From contig CBFFRQ010000042.1 of NCBI GenBank assembly GCA_965644315.1, forward strand, positions 1 through 64,000: a stretch of DNA of 64,000 bases. Reading direction: 5' to 3'. Below the pieces are notes generated by a model, which saw only the letters and a program-made list of their open reading frames with translations, was not told the DNA's origin and searched no databases. A program made the translations under genes and the position numbers. Each line of letters starts with the position of its first letter. The stretch's first letter is position 1. Of the stretch, positions 32,254 through 44,034 are shown piece after piece. This DNA is from Caecitellus pseudoparvulus (taxonomy: Eukaryota > Protista > Bigyra: Bicosoecida).

Positions 32254-35200
32254 ATGTCCGCTTCAGCCACACCTGCAGCCTCCATGCTGCAGTGGCTGGG
32301 CCGGGCTGGCAAGGCACGCCTGCTCCGGTCCCTGCAAAAATCTTCGGACTTTGAAGCGTTCATCAAAGACGCATCGCCAGGCATCGTAGAGTTAGATGAG
32401 CTCATGCCCCTCATCGATGTCCTGGGCATCAAACGCGGGCAGCTGTACTCTGACGCGCTGCAGCACATGGTGTCCATGCTCAAAGGTGTGCACGCCGGCC
32501 GCACTGCACGCTTGCACCACGCTGCACGCACCGCCCCTTTCACCTTGCAGACACCGCTGACATGATGTCCGCGTCAGACGCCAGCTGCTTGCTGGATGTC
32601 ACGATGGAGCTCATCGAGGAAATCCCTGAGTTGGGCGCGCTCGCTGCCAAGCTGCTGTACACAGTCAAGGGCTGGCCGGACTACTACCTCGGCAAGCTCG
32701 TGGCCCTGACAAATGTCCACAAGGTGTGCCACCACCTCCCTCATGCCTGCGATCGGAGTTTTCGGCGCACACCTCTTCCCCCTGCCTTCCGCGCAGGAGC
32801 TGCCTGATAGCGTGCGCCTGCGCATGTGGCTGCAGCACCCTGTGAGCTTCTTCTCAACGCTGAAGAAGTGGAGTCGCCAGTACTTGGCAAGCTTCCGCCA
32901 CCTGCGCAAGTGCTTCTCTGTGCTGCCCTCCAAGACCTTCGGCGACACCCTGCATGCCCTGCAGATGCAAGTGCCGAAGGAGATGCTGGGCGCTCTGCTG
33001 CGAGAGCCGAGGCTGTGGCGGGTCGCCAGCTCCATGCTGCTCTCTGCAGCACAGAGCACGGGGTCTCCTCTGTACACCATGCTGCGCAACGACGTGCACA
33101 GGGCCCTTGTGGCAGTGGCTTCGGAGCGCCTGGCAGTGCCCAGTGCCCTGTTGGGCTCCCGGTCGGGCCACAGCTTCATGGCCCGCTCGGCATCGGTGGC
33201 AGCGTCGAAAGCCCTGCGACAGGACTCCCTGGCGACGTTTCGAGATGCACTGGAAGCGCTCATGCGCAACCCGTCCGCTGCGGGCATTGCCCAGCCCCTG
33301 GACCGCATCACCACGGCGCTCCTCACGCTGAAGCAAGCAGCTATCGAAGCTCCTCTGCAAGCCGCCCGCAGCAGGAAAGCAGCTCGTACAACCGAAGATG
33401 GGCAGCGAGGCCGGAAGATTCGCAGCAAGTCCAAGGGAGCTGAAGGCGGCGCTGCAGGTGGTGCTGGGGGGGGGCGAAAACGTGGGCGCAACGCCGCGGC
33501 AGCACCTGAAGATGACCTCGGCAGCGACGAGGAGGAGGAAGAGGAAGGCAGCAAGGCCTTCAGCGTGATGGACTTCTTGCCTGAAGGCACGGGTGACATC
33601 TCCCTGCGCGACGCCTGCTCAGCTGCCATCGAAGCAGCCTGGAGCACGGACGCCAAGTTCGCGTTTGGGGCGGAGGGCGAGGGCCTCTTTGGCAAGCCTG
33701 TCTTGGAGGTGTACCCCCAGCTGGAAGAGGACTACCTGAGCGTGATCAAGCAGCCCATCTGCCTGCAAGACATGCGCTCCAAGCTCATTGCTGGGCAGTA
33801 CCACGACCTGTCCCAAGCCTTTGACGACGCGAACCTCATGCACCAGAATGCCCGCACATACAACGCATCGGACGAGAAAGTGCTCATGATCGCAGATGCT
33901 GTGCGCCAGGCATTCGTGGACGTCGCGAAGGCGGCCGCTGCGCGCCTGCACCCCCGCCTGCGCGGGTGGCGGTTTGTCATCCCTCCTGACCACGAACCGC
34001 CCGAGCGACAGAAGGCAGCTGCAGTGCATCTAGGGGGGTGCTTGGGCCGCCAGGATGACTTCTTTGGCGTTGGGCCTGCAGCAGCCAAGCGCACTCGCAA
34101 GGAGCAAGCTGCGGCTTCCGCCCGGGCGACGTACACCACCCCTGACCGGCCTGTGTCCCGGCGCAGGGTGCTGCTGCTCGCCCACACTGCTGCCTGGGCG
34201 GCAGACTGCGAACCCAACACCGTCTCCATCCCAGAAGGCGGCGAGTGGTTCACTACCCTGCAGCGTGTGGGGTACTGGCGGACCCCCTTGCAAGATGCGT
34301 ACCCACAGGGCGAGCAGCAGCTGAATGATGCCGTGGCAGCACCAGTGGACTTGGGCACGATGCAGAAGCGCATTCAGGCTGACAGATACGCCAGCGTGGA
34401 GGAGGCGGAGGCAGAGTTTGACGTGATGGAGCAACAGATGCGAGTGCTGTTCAAGCCTGGCAGCAACATCTTTCAAAGCCACGCCGCAGCGCTGCAGGCT
34501 GCCCGCGCCGCATGGACTGCCGAGGTGCAGCGGTGGACCAGCCAGCTGGCACCGGAGGCGCCAGACTCCGTCGTGCAGGCCGCAGTGGATGCCACAGGGC
34601 CTGAGCCAGAGCCAGCTCCACGCCCCCCCCCGCCGAAGATGCCCGGTGCTGAGCCGAGCCAGCGCCCGCCCACAGCTGGGGCGGCCGAAGCAGCTGCGGG
34701 GCAGGGTGGCGCCCAGCCGCCACAACAGGCAGGGTCTGCGCGCCCGGCAGCGCCGCCAGCAGCCCCCGCCCCTCCCCCAGCGCCAGTGCCACCAGGTGAG
34801 GAATTGCCGGCTGCTACACAGCCCATGGAGCCAGCGGTGCAGGTGGCCTCTCGCACAGCGGCATTTGCTGACTTGAAGGCGGCCCTGCTGAGTCTCGGCG
34901 ATGCGCGGTGCCAGCGCAGCTTCGCAGTGGCCATGTTCAGCCACCTGCAACTGTGCGTGCGGAAGGGGCAAGTGCCTCGCACGAACGCTGAGCTGGGGCG
35001 CTTGCTCAGCCTGGTGTGCAAGGAGCCTGCCGAGTTCGGCCCACTCATGATGTCCCTGCCGCCGCCGAGCTTGCCTGACCTGCCCAGTGGCCAGACTGCG
35101 GCGCCTGAGGGGCGCCTTCATGCCCTGCTCACCCCTCGGGACTGGCTGGGCCTCACGCTGCTGGCGGAGAGCTTGAAGCAGGTGAGCGACGGCATGCGCT

Positions 35201-36567
35201 CGCTGCAAGACACGGCCAAAGACGACCCCCTGCACGACTTGCTGCCAGCCATCGAACTAGACAGCCGAGGCATCGCGCCCCTGCCTCTCGCTTGGACAGC
35301 GCTGCATGCGCCGGAGTACACGCCGGACGTCTTTGCAGCGGCGGCGGTGTCTGGACGCCTGCCGTGGATGCTGGCCCTCTTCCTCGGCGTCAAACTGCAA
35401 GCCGGCGTGAAGGTGCCCTGTGTCGCGCTGCCCCTGTTACGCTGCGTGACGTCTGCCGTGACGACACCTGGCAGCCACCTGGCCACACCCGGAAACCTGG
35501 CCATGCTTGTCTGCTCCGTTGCCGACACGGTGCAGCAACTGTACTGCCCCGCCGCCGCGAACCATGCTGCGGCACAAGCTGGCCTGCCCAAGGAAAACCT
35601 GACATCTGATTTCGTTCCAAAGGAACTGATGCAGCCTCTCGTGTTCCTGCTGGGGAAGTGGGCCCCTGCCCTGGCCGTGTGGGTGCTGAAGCAGGCGGCC
35701 GCGGCGCCCAAGGCCGCTGCCCGTGCCCACCAGCAAGGCTCGTACAGGGCCCATGTGCCAGAGGCCAGGCAGGGCCCTGCGCCACACTGGGTCAGCGCCT
35801 CGCGGGAAGCGTGGATGGAGGCCGCCTTCCCCCTCTGCCTGAGCTGCATGCTGGCTATGCTGAACACCGCCCGACAGCACCAGCTGCTGCGCCCACACCA
35901 CGTCACCAACACCACACACAGCCTCATGCAGCTCCTGTGCCTGGCTGCGCCCCTCTTGGCCAGCACTGACTCCTCTGCGCAGCTGCAGGCTCTGCTGTCG
36001 GAACCAGCCGCCGACGGCCCGCTGCTGCTGCCTGGTGTGCCGGCGTGTGCTCGGGAGGCGTTGCTGGCACACCAGGTGACGCCCTTTGAGAAGGACTTGC
36101 GGGAGTTGCTGCACGACGAAGACATCAACGTGGATGAAGCGGCATATGGTCTGGGCGTGTCGGCTCTGGATGAGGAGCCGTCCGCTGGCAGCACTGGCGC
36201 CGCGCAGCCTTCCCCCGCTGAGCTGGCACGCAAGGCCTTTGCGGAGATCTCACAGCCATTCAAGGCGCCTGGGCAGCAGGCAGAGGTGCCCGGCACAGGC
36301 GATGACTCTGCTTCCGGCTCCTCGTCCGGAGAGGATGACGAGTCCGTGTCGGGCAGCGACAGCGCGGGCGAGGGCGAGGACGACGGAGCAGCGCCGCCTG
36401 CTGCCTCCACCGCCCCAGCCGCTGACGGGGAGGAAGACAGCATGGAAGAAGGGGAAGTCGAAGAGCACGGTAGCGTGCCAGGCCCGGCTGCCGAGATCGA
36501 GAGCGAGGAGGAGGGGGAGGTGGTGCAGGCGCCGACCAAGCGTCCCCGCATCGACGGCGGCGAGTAG
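32254..36567 (+). CDS. NELF-B/COBRA1-like protein with two inserted bromodomains; 3 exons
   Basis: Introns 32486-32550 and 32724-32796; N-terminal LMPLIDVLGIKRGQLY...ELPDSVRLRMWLQHPVSF resembles NELF-B; bromodomain DYLSVIKQPICL...NARTYN. Confidence 0.7.
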
Positions 36568-36691
36568 CACAATGCACCCCGGCACACACTTTCCAAGCGT
36601 GCCTCAGACTGCTCCTGCGGCCGATGGCGGGCGGCGTGTGGAACTCGCTGTCAGTGCGTGTCGCAGCCCGCGCAGGCGTCACCGCTGCGGC

Positions 36692-38950
36692 ATGGCAGAC
36701 GTGTATGCGCATGAGGAGGCGGGGGAGCAGCGGGCGCTGGTGCAGCGCAGTTACCGCGCGCTGAAGGCCTGGTTCAAGGGGAATGACGCGCTGAAGGCGA
36801 AGTACGGCAGTCTGCCCACTTTTTGGCAGGAGTTCATTGGGTGGGAGCACGAGCGCAGGGTGTGGAAGCGCTTCCTGGCGTCGCAAGATGGTGTGGAGCT
36901 GCCCGACAGCGATGACGAGGGCAGCACACCGGCTGCGACTACCTCGGGGCCTGCTGTGGAAGACTCGACTGCAGGGCAAGCCAGTGATGAGCCCCGAGAG
37001 GACGGGCAGGCAGAGGCTACAGTCCAGGAAGCGCCTGCGGTGGCAGAGAGCCAGGCCAGGAAGCCCCGCAAGCGGAGCAGGTTTGGGCCAGCGAACACGA
37101 ACGTTGGCGGCGGAGACGCAGGGGCTGCTTCAGCAGGGGCAACTGCAGGTTCAGATGGTGTTGCAGCTGCATCTAAGTCAGAGACGCTCACGTCAAGCAC
37201 TCCTGAGGCTGCAGCAGCCCCTCCGGCGGCGAAAAAGCGCAGGCGGCGTTTCGCCAGCAAAGATGCCGTGGACGAAACGCTGGACAAACTCGTCGCCTTC
37301 GCGCAGTCGGCGCGCTTCCGAGCATTGGCGTCATCAGGACCTGGTGGTGTGATCACAATCACTGAGGAAGCTGACGCCATCTGTGGGGATGGAGGGCTGA
37401 AGGAGTTCCTGTCCAAGGAAGCGGCACGCAAGAGCAAACACCCAGCTGTCCAGCACCTGCGAGCCCTCATGCCGGCAGGCGCGCCTGCAGGGGAAGCCGC
37501 TGCAGAGGCAGGCAAGGCAGCCGCCCGCAAGCTGCAGATCCAGCGGGAGCTGGCAGAGCTGAACGAAGCCTTGACCGACATCCCCGCGACAATCAAGCGC
37601 ATGCGCGCAGACCCCACGCGGCCGCCGTCTCCCAAGCCCCAGTACGACACGCAGGGGCGGCGGACGAACACCCTGGAGCAGCGCCTGGAAGCGGAGGTGA
37701 ACGAAAAGAAGGCCGCCCTCATGGAGGAGCTCCTGGACGTGGACCCCGCCATGGCGCGCATGAAGGCGGCAGGCCTCATCGCCGGCCCCGCCAAGAAAGA
37801 GAAGCCCAGCCGGAAACTGTACATCCCCCTGGACGAACACCCAGACTACAACTTCATGGGGGTGCTTATCGGCGCCCGCGGTGCCAACCAGCGCCGCATT
37901 GAAACCGAGACGGGCTGCCGGGTGTCTGTGCGAGGGCAGGGCACCGCCCGCCCCGGCAAGATGGTGGACATGGACTCCATCAACGAGCCCATGCACGTGT
38001 GGATCCAGGGGGACACGGAGGAAGCCGTGGAGGCCGCTGCCGCCAAGGTGTCTGAGCTGCTCATCCCGCGGTACGACGAGGAGTGGAAGGAGGAGCAGAT
38101 GAAGCAGGTGGCCATCATCAACGGCACATACAAGAAGACCTCCATCGTCGCGGTGGAGCTGCCCAAGATGAACTACTCCATGGCCTCCGAGCTGGACAAG
38201 ATCCTGGACACCGTCGGGGAGGGCGCGGCCAAGCAGGAGGCCCGCCTCAAGTACGGCAAGCAGGTGGCTGGCCTGGACGCCCTGCCGGACGAGGACGAGG
38301 ATGGAGACGGCGATGACGAGGGCTTCAAGGCGTACATGGCGGAGCTGGGGGGCAAGGGGCCGGCGCCGCAGAGCCAAGCGGGCCCCGATGCTGACGTCGG
38401 CGCTGCCAAGGCTGCCGAGGCGCCCGTGCTGACCAGTGTGCCGCCTGTCTCCACCACACCCGCGACCTCGACGACGACATCGGCCACCACGGTGGCTGCT
38501 GCAGCCCCAGCACAGCCCATTGCCGTGCCGTGGTCCATGCCTTCCCTGGAGCAGCAGCGCGCCAGCCGAGCAGCCCCACCTGTGCAAGTCCCCGCTCCCG
38601 CCACCAGCGCAGCGGGGCCCGTGCCCCACTCGGCTCCGTCCATGACAGCCTCAGGTCCAGGCGCTGCTGGGCAGCCCATGCAACCCCACTTTGCCGGGCC
38701 TGGCGGGTACCCACACCAGCCCTATGGGATGTACCCACCAGGCAACATGCCGCAAGGCGGGTACTATCCGCCGTTTGGTGGACCGCAGCCAGGCATGGCG
38801 CCGTACGGGCACATGGGTGGTGCAGGCATGCCGTACGGTGCGCCTCACCAGGCCCCAGGCCAGCCGTGGGGCATGCCCATGTACGGCCACGTGCAAGCCC
38901 CTGTTGCGCCGCCACCACCGCCGCCACCACCGCCGCCACCTGCCTCATGA
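36692..38950 (+). CDS. SF1: Splicing factor 1 / branchpoint-binding protein (KH-QUA2)
   Basis: RPPSPKPQYDTQGRRTNT, PDYNFMGVLIGARG, RGQGT, EPMHVWI, AIINGT, YMAELG, Pro-rich tail. Confidence 0.9.
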   Translation: MADVYAHEEAGEQRALVQRSYRALKAWFKGNDALKAKYGSLPTFWQEFIGWEHERRVWKRFLASQDGVELPDSDDEGSTPAATTSGPAVEDSTAGQASDEPREDGQAEATVQEAPAVAESQARKPRKRSRFGPANTNVGGGDAGAASAGATAGSDGVAAASKSETLTSSTPEAAAAPPAAKKRRRRFASKDAVDETLDKLVAFAQSARFRALASSGPGGVITITEEADAICGDGGLKEFLSKEAARKSKHPAVQHLRALMPAGAPAGEAAAEAGKAAARKLQIQRELAELNEALTDIPATIKRMRADPTRPPSPKPQYDTQGRRTNTLEQRLEAEVNEKKAALMEELLDVDPAMARMKAAGLIAGPAKKEKPSRKLYIPLDEHPDYNFMGVLIGARGANQRRIETETGCRVSVRGQGTARPGKMVDMDSINEPMHVWIQGDTEEAVEAAAAKVSELLIPRYDEEWKEEQMKQVAIINGTYKKTSIVAVELPKMNYSMASELDKILDTVGEGAAKQEARLKYGKQVAGLDALPDEDEDGDGDDEGFKAYMAELGGKGPAPQSQAGPDADVGAAKAAEAPVLTSVPPVSTTPATSTTTSATTVAAAAPAQPIAVPWSMPSLEQQRASRAAPPVQVPAPATSAAGPVPHSAPSMTASGPGAAGQPMQPHFAGPGGYPHQPYGMYPPGNMPQGGYYPPFGGPQPGMAPYGHMGGAGMPYGAPHQAPGQPWGMPMYGHVQAPVAPPPPPPPPPPPAS

Positions 38951-38957
38951 ATGCATT
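38950..38957. terminator. Palindromic AATGCATT at a convergent junction (candidate bidirectional 3'-end signal)
   Basis: Overlaps the SF1 TGA; 16 nt from the opposing stop at 38974. Confidence 0.5.
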
Positions 38958-38973
38958 TACGTCGCTTTGCTCG

Positions 38974-41900
38974 TCACATGGAGCGCTGGCGTGCCGCCCG
39001 TGCTCGCCCACGCCGCCGGCCGTGCAGCATGACGTCCGCATACTGCTCAATGAGCCGGTGGGCTCGGCTAACCAGCCAGGACTTGTGGGCAGCCAGGGTG
39101 TCCACAACGGCGGCCACCTTTTCGTGGGGGGGCTCCTCGCGGTGCTGCCCCCGCACCATGCCCACACGGCACAGCGCCTCCAGGAACTCGCCGTACGTCA
39201 GCGTGGCCCCTGACCGAATGACACGCTCACGAAACTGCCGCAGCCAACGATGCGCCTGCAGCGTGAACTGGCCGGCCACGCCATCGCTGCCGTGGCGTGG
39301 ACTTGCAAGGCTGGCGGATGTGTCGCTCTCCTCCTCCCCGCGTTGGGATCGCCAGGTCGGCACCCCGGCCAGGGTGGGGGCGAGTTGATGGCCCTCGCTG
39401 AGCAACGAGGCAGCCTCCCCAGCCAGCAAGCTCTCGGCGCGCCGCGTGACCTGTGCGCCGACAACTGCCGCGTTGGCGATGGTGGCGTCCACACCCAGGC
39501 GCTGCTCGCGGCCCTCTGTGGCGAGCAGGAAGGCCAGGGCCACATCGCCCTCGCACAGGTTTGCCCCGCCTGAGGAAGGCGGGGGCAGGGGCATGTCCTT
39601 GGCTTCTTGGGCCTGATCCCCCAAGTGGTACAAGCCACAGTCCACGAGCAGCTGGCGGAAGGCGAGGTACCCCATGCGGTGCTCCAGGCGCCAGGGAGGC
39701 GGGGACGTGTCCACGACGACACACCCGCCCTCCACCTCCGTCACCACCACCCCATCTAAATTCCGCCGCTGGTGCAGGGGCGCCTTGAGCCGCTTCTTGT
39801 GCATGTCCGAGGCGGCGGCCCACGACGGCACGCTGGAGCTGGCCAGCACCCCCGCCACAGGCTCAGGGGGCAGCGCCCCCCGAGCCAAGAGGGGCAGCTG
39901 CACCGACCGCACGCACCGCGACACGGCACACTCTGCCAGGAGGTGTGTGGACAGCGCACAGTACTCGGAGAAGATGCCGGTCAGGAGTTGCCGTTCGTGG
40001 GCCAGGACGCCCGCCACCCGCCTGCGGCTCATCTCCCGCCGCACGCCAGCGGTGGGGGCGATGTGCTGTGCACGAGGCAGCACGAAGCTGCTCAGCAAGT
40101 GGTCCAGCTTCTCTGGAACAAACAGACGCTGGGCCATGCCGGAGGCCTCAAACAGCGCAGCAGGCAGCTCTGGCGCGGGGGCTTTCGCCTTGCCGCCTGC
40201 GCCGCTGCCGACGTGGCCGCCCAACACGTCACGGGCTGAGATGAGGCCGGTGGCGAACTCCACGGCCTGGGACACGGAGCGCAGGGCCGTCCAGGCGCGC
40301 CCTCCCGACCGAGTGGGGGACAGGAGCGCCGCCTTGGCGGCCACCGCCTCCTCCTCTGCCCGCATGTTGCTGGTGTCTCTCACCTTGCTCCTGGAGGTGG
40401 GGGCCACGGCGCCGCCGACGGAGTTCAGCGCTGCAACCACTGTGGACAGCAGGGTGGGCTTGCCGCGGGCGGGCTTGGCGGCAGCACGTGTGGCCCTGGG
40501 CGTGGAGGCCATGCCGAACACCGCCGCCATGTCTGGGCCCTCGTCGTCCTCCGCCCCCTCTGCCGCGTTCCCCAGCCCGCCCAGCAACTGTACCTCCCTC
40601 GCGTCAATGCGCTGTTCAGTTGCGTGGCCTTTCACCAGCGTGTCCACGGTGGGCAGTGGCGCTGCTGCCGCCGACGCGGCAGAGGTCACCTTCTGCTTAG
40701 CCACGTCCAGCTCCACCTCCACGGGGGCAGCCTTGCCACCTGTGCGGTGCGCGTCGGGTCCGGGCCGCTTGGTCCGCTCCTTAGCCTTCTGCACGAGGGA
40801 CTCCCGGGTGCCTTTCACACGAGCTCGGGAAGCGACACGCTTCAGCCGCTTGGCGTGTGCCGCCAGGCGGCTGGACCGCGCCTTGGAGGAGGATGCTGCC
40901 GCGCTGGGGGACACAGGAGGACTTGACCCGTCGGCAGCCGAGAACGGGTTGATGACTTCCTCGCCATCGTCCTGCCCTGGCGGCATGGCTTCCTCCTCCG
41001 CCGCCGCAGACAGCCCGACAGGCGACAGCATGTCCAGTACGTTGTCCATGTCCACCCCCGCCATGACGCCGCTGGCGCCCTCTGCCTCCCGCCGCCGCAC
41101 CACGGCACGCTGCAGCATGGAAGTCACCTGCAGAGCGCGCATGACAGTTTGCAGGCGCCCCACCTTGGTCTGGCGCTGGTGCAGGGCCATGGCCATGCGG
41201 TAGCGCGCCTGAGCGAGGCCCAGCGCCACCGTCAGCTCGCACACCGCCTCCACAAACATGGCCCGTGTCAGCGGCACGCTGAGCCAGGCTGCCATCTCCG
41301 CGGGGCTCATCTTGGCCCCACTCAGCGTCGCCCGCCCGCCGTTGGAGTGCTGCAGGTACTCCTGCAGGGGGCGGTCTGCAGGCGGCAGCAGCTGCGCGGT
41401 GGTCTGCACGCCCCCCCGCCGGGCACTGGTTAGCTGCCCAGCACTGGTGCCGTTGGAAGCTGCCTTGGCCCGGGAGGCGGTGAAGGTGCTGGCGTCCTCT
41501 GCCAGCATGCTGGACAGCTCCACAGCGGCATCCCGAGCTGTCAAGTACAGGTGGCTGTGCTGGGCCTCCGAGGCAGCCATGAGGGCGGAGCCGGCAGAGG
41601 CCGACCGCACCACCGAGCAGTACACGCTGGGAATGTCCATGTGGGGCGCCACGGCGGCGTTCACCAGGCGCGTGTCGTGCACCCACATGAGGAAGGCTTC
41701 GTAGGGCATGCGGATGTCCTCTTCCGGGTCCCAGAAAGAGCCGTCCCCTGCCTCGCCTCCCCCCCAGTTCGTGGACCGGTGGCTGCCCCCCGGAGCCACG
41801 TCCACCTGGCTGCTGCTCTGCCGTCGGGCGGCGTCAGAAGGCGCAAAGGTGCTGCTGCTGAGTCGGTGCCCGCCGAGGCCCGCAGTGGTGAACTCCCGCA

Positions 41901-43830
41901 CCGTGAACGTGTCTCGCTTGTTGCTCATGCGGGCGGACTGCGCCATCGCCACGCCATCTGCGGAGTAGCTGCTGCCCGTGCCCAGCATGCCGCGCGCAGA
42001 CAGCGGGCCGGCTTCGGACGCAGGGCTGTGCGGGATGCGAGGCTGCGTGGAGGTGAGGGTGTGCAGGCCCAGCCTGCCCAGCTGCGTCAGGGGCGGGCCC
42101 TGCCCCCGCACGCTCTGGCTGCAGGCGTGCCCCAGGCGTGACTGTGTGAACATGGGGTCAGAGCGGGAGGACGCCGGCATGAGGATGCCATCTGCCGACA
42201 GGGCGATGTCCGTGCTGAGCTCGTCGGGGACAAACTGACCCAGGTCGTGCATGGGGCGGATGGTCGTGCGAGGCAGGTGCTTCATGCCAGAGAGCCCGCC
42301 GCCACGGCCGCCGTCCCCCATCGCCCCCGCCACGCCCCCAGCCAGGCCCTCTGCGTAGCTGATGGAGTAGAACACAAACAGCTCCCTCAGTGCAGGGAAC
42401 GCCTCCCACAGAGCTTGCCGTAGCTGCCCGCCCTCCACGCGGCTGCTCATGAGCCGGGAGGCACGCAGGCGTGCCAAGTCGCCGTCAAAGACGTTGCGTA
42501 GATGTGCTGGCGCGAGGGGCCGGGCTGTGATGAGGATGCTCTCCCGCTGCGTCTCGCCTGGGCGGCCGTGGAAGGCCAGGTGCTCCACCAAGTCGGCAGT
42601 GATGCTGTGTGTGTGCCGCACGCCCTGCCGCAGGACGTCCCCCGTGGCCGTTCCGTGGCTCAGGGGCAGCGCCCCGGACACGCCCGCCAGACCGCCCACG
42701 ACACTGGCGCCGTGGGCCTCGCCCTGCATGGCGGGGGGGCTCAGCACAGACAGTAGGGCGTTGGAGGCGCGCGGCATGGCGGGGGGCAACCCTGCAGCCC
42801 GCACATGGATTGCCAGCGCGTCGTGCTTGTCACGGGCTGAGCGGCGCAGGGAGCTGACGATGCTGTGCCCCTGCCCTCCTGGGCCTCCCAGGGAAGGAGA
42901 CGAAAAGGCCGAGTCGGCCCTAGATCCAGCATAGGACGCCGCATCGGCGCCCGAGCTGACGTCAGACGCGGCAGAGCTTGGGCGGGAGACACCCACCTCG
43001 GCGACCTCCGCCCCCCCACTGCGAGAGCTTGTGGTAGACTCCACCGCTGACGGCGCGCGGCCCGCCGTCGGTTGAGGCGGGAACAGCTGGGCCTTGGTCT
43101 CTGCTTCCGCCTCGGCGATGATGCGCTCCCGCAGGGCCTGGCGCCACAGGGACACCGACTTGCTGGCACCATACGCAGCGTCCCTCCAAGGCGTCGCTGC
43201 AGCCGCCCCCGTGACGTCCAGCTCCCCCACACGCTGTAGCTGCAGGAAGATCTCGTCTCCATCCCGCAGGACGTCCCGGATCTTCGCATCTGGCTGCAGG
43301 ATGTACATGGACGGGGCGATGGCTGCGTCGTCGTCCTCGGCCGCATCCGCCTTGCTCAGCCATTGCATGAAGCCCTCGTCCTCATCTGCTGCCGCCGCAG
43401 CAGCGATCTTCCCAGCTGCAACAGACGCTGCCACTGCTTCTGGGACCTGAGGCGAGGAAGGGTTGGGAGAGTCCACGTTTCCTGACTATTTTCGCTTTGC
43501 CAGCAGGCCAGGCAAGGCCAGCGTTTTCGTACCTGCCGCTCCAGCGCTGAGCTGGACATGTGGTGCACAACGTACGAGCCCCCCATGCGCCCAGTGTCTC
43601 GTGCACGCTGCTTGCCGCCATTCAAAATCTGCAGCGAAGCGTGGGCGCCGTGTGGGCGTGCCGTACAGAGGCAGAGCCGCAAGCGACGCAAGCATCGCAG
43701 TGCGACACGCAGGTCTCACACGCGATGCACGCTGCCCTGCAGCGAGACTGAGCCACTTGACGGTGTTCTCCCCCGTTCCCACACTCATCACAAAGCTCCT
43801 TCCATCCACGACGTGAACTGTGAGCTTCAT
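38974..43830 (-). CDS. Large hypothetical protein with ubiquitin-like (Par3/HAL N-terminal-type) N-terminus; about 3 exons
   Basis: MKLTVHVVDGRSFVMSVGTGENTVKWLSLAAGQR and LQPDAKIRDVLRDGDEIFL; two GT-AG introns join it to the 1500-aa ORF; C-terminal LTYGEFLEALCRV EF-like motif. Confidence 0.65.
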
Positions 43831-44034
43831 GGCGCAGCCCAGGCGCCTGCCGACTCGGCAGCCGTCCTCCTTGCCTGCGTCGCTTGATGGGAGTCGCTTG
43901 TTTGGACACTTTCTCCAGTTGCAGCTGGCACAAGCAGCCAGCGAAAAGGGTGCATGCCTGACGAAGGCGTGTCACGTTCGATCCGTTTTTGAGTTGAGGA
44001 GTGCTGTGCATTGGTGGTGGCCGCACTCCTTTGC

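Noticed and set aside
36086-36691. N-terminal extension of the SF1 ORF overlapping the NELF-B gene
   Set aside because: Low-complexity alternate frame of the upstream gene; ATG 36692 follows the upstream stop and its AATGCA motif
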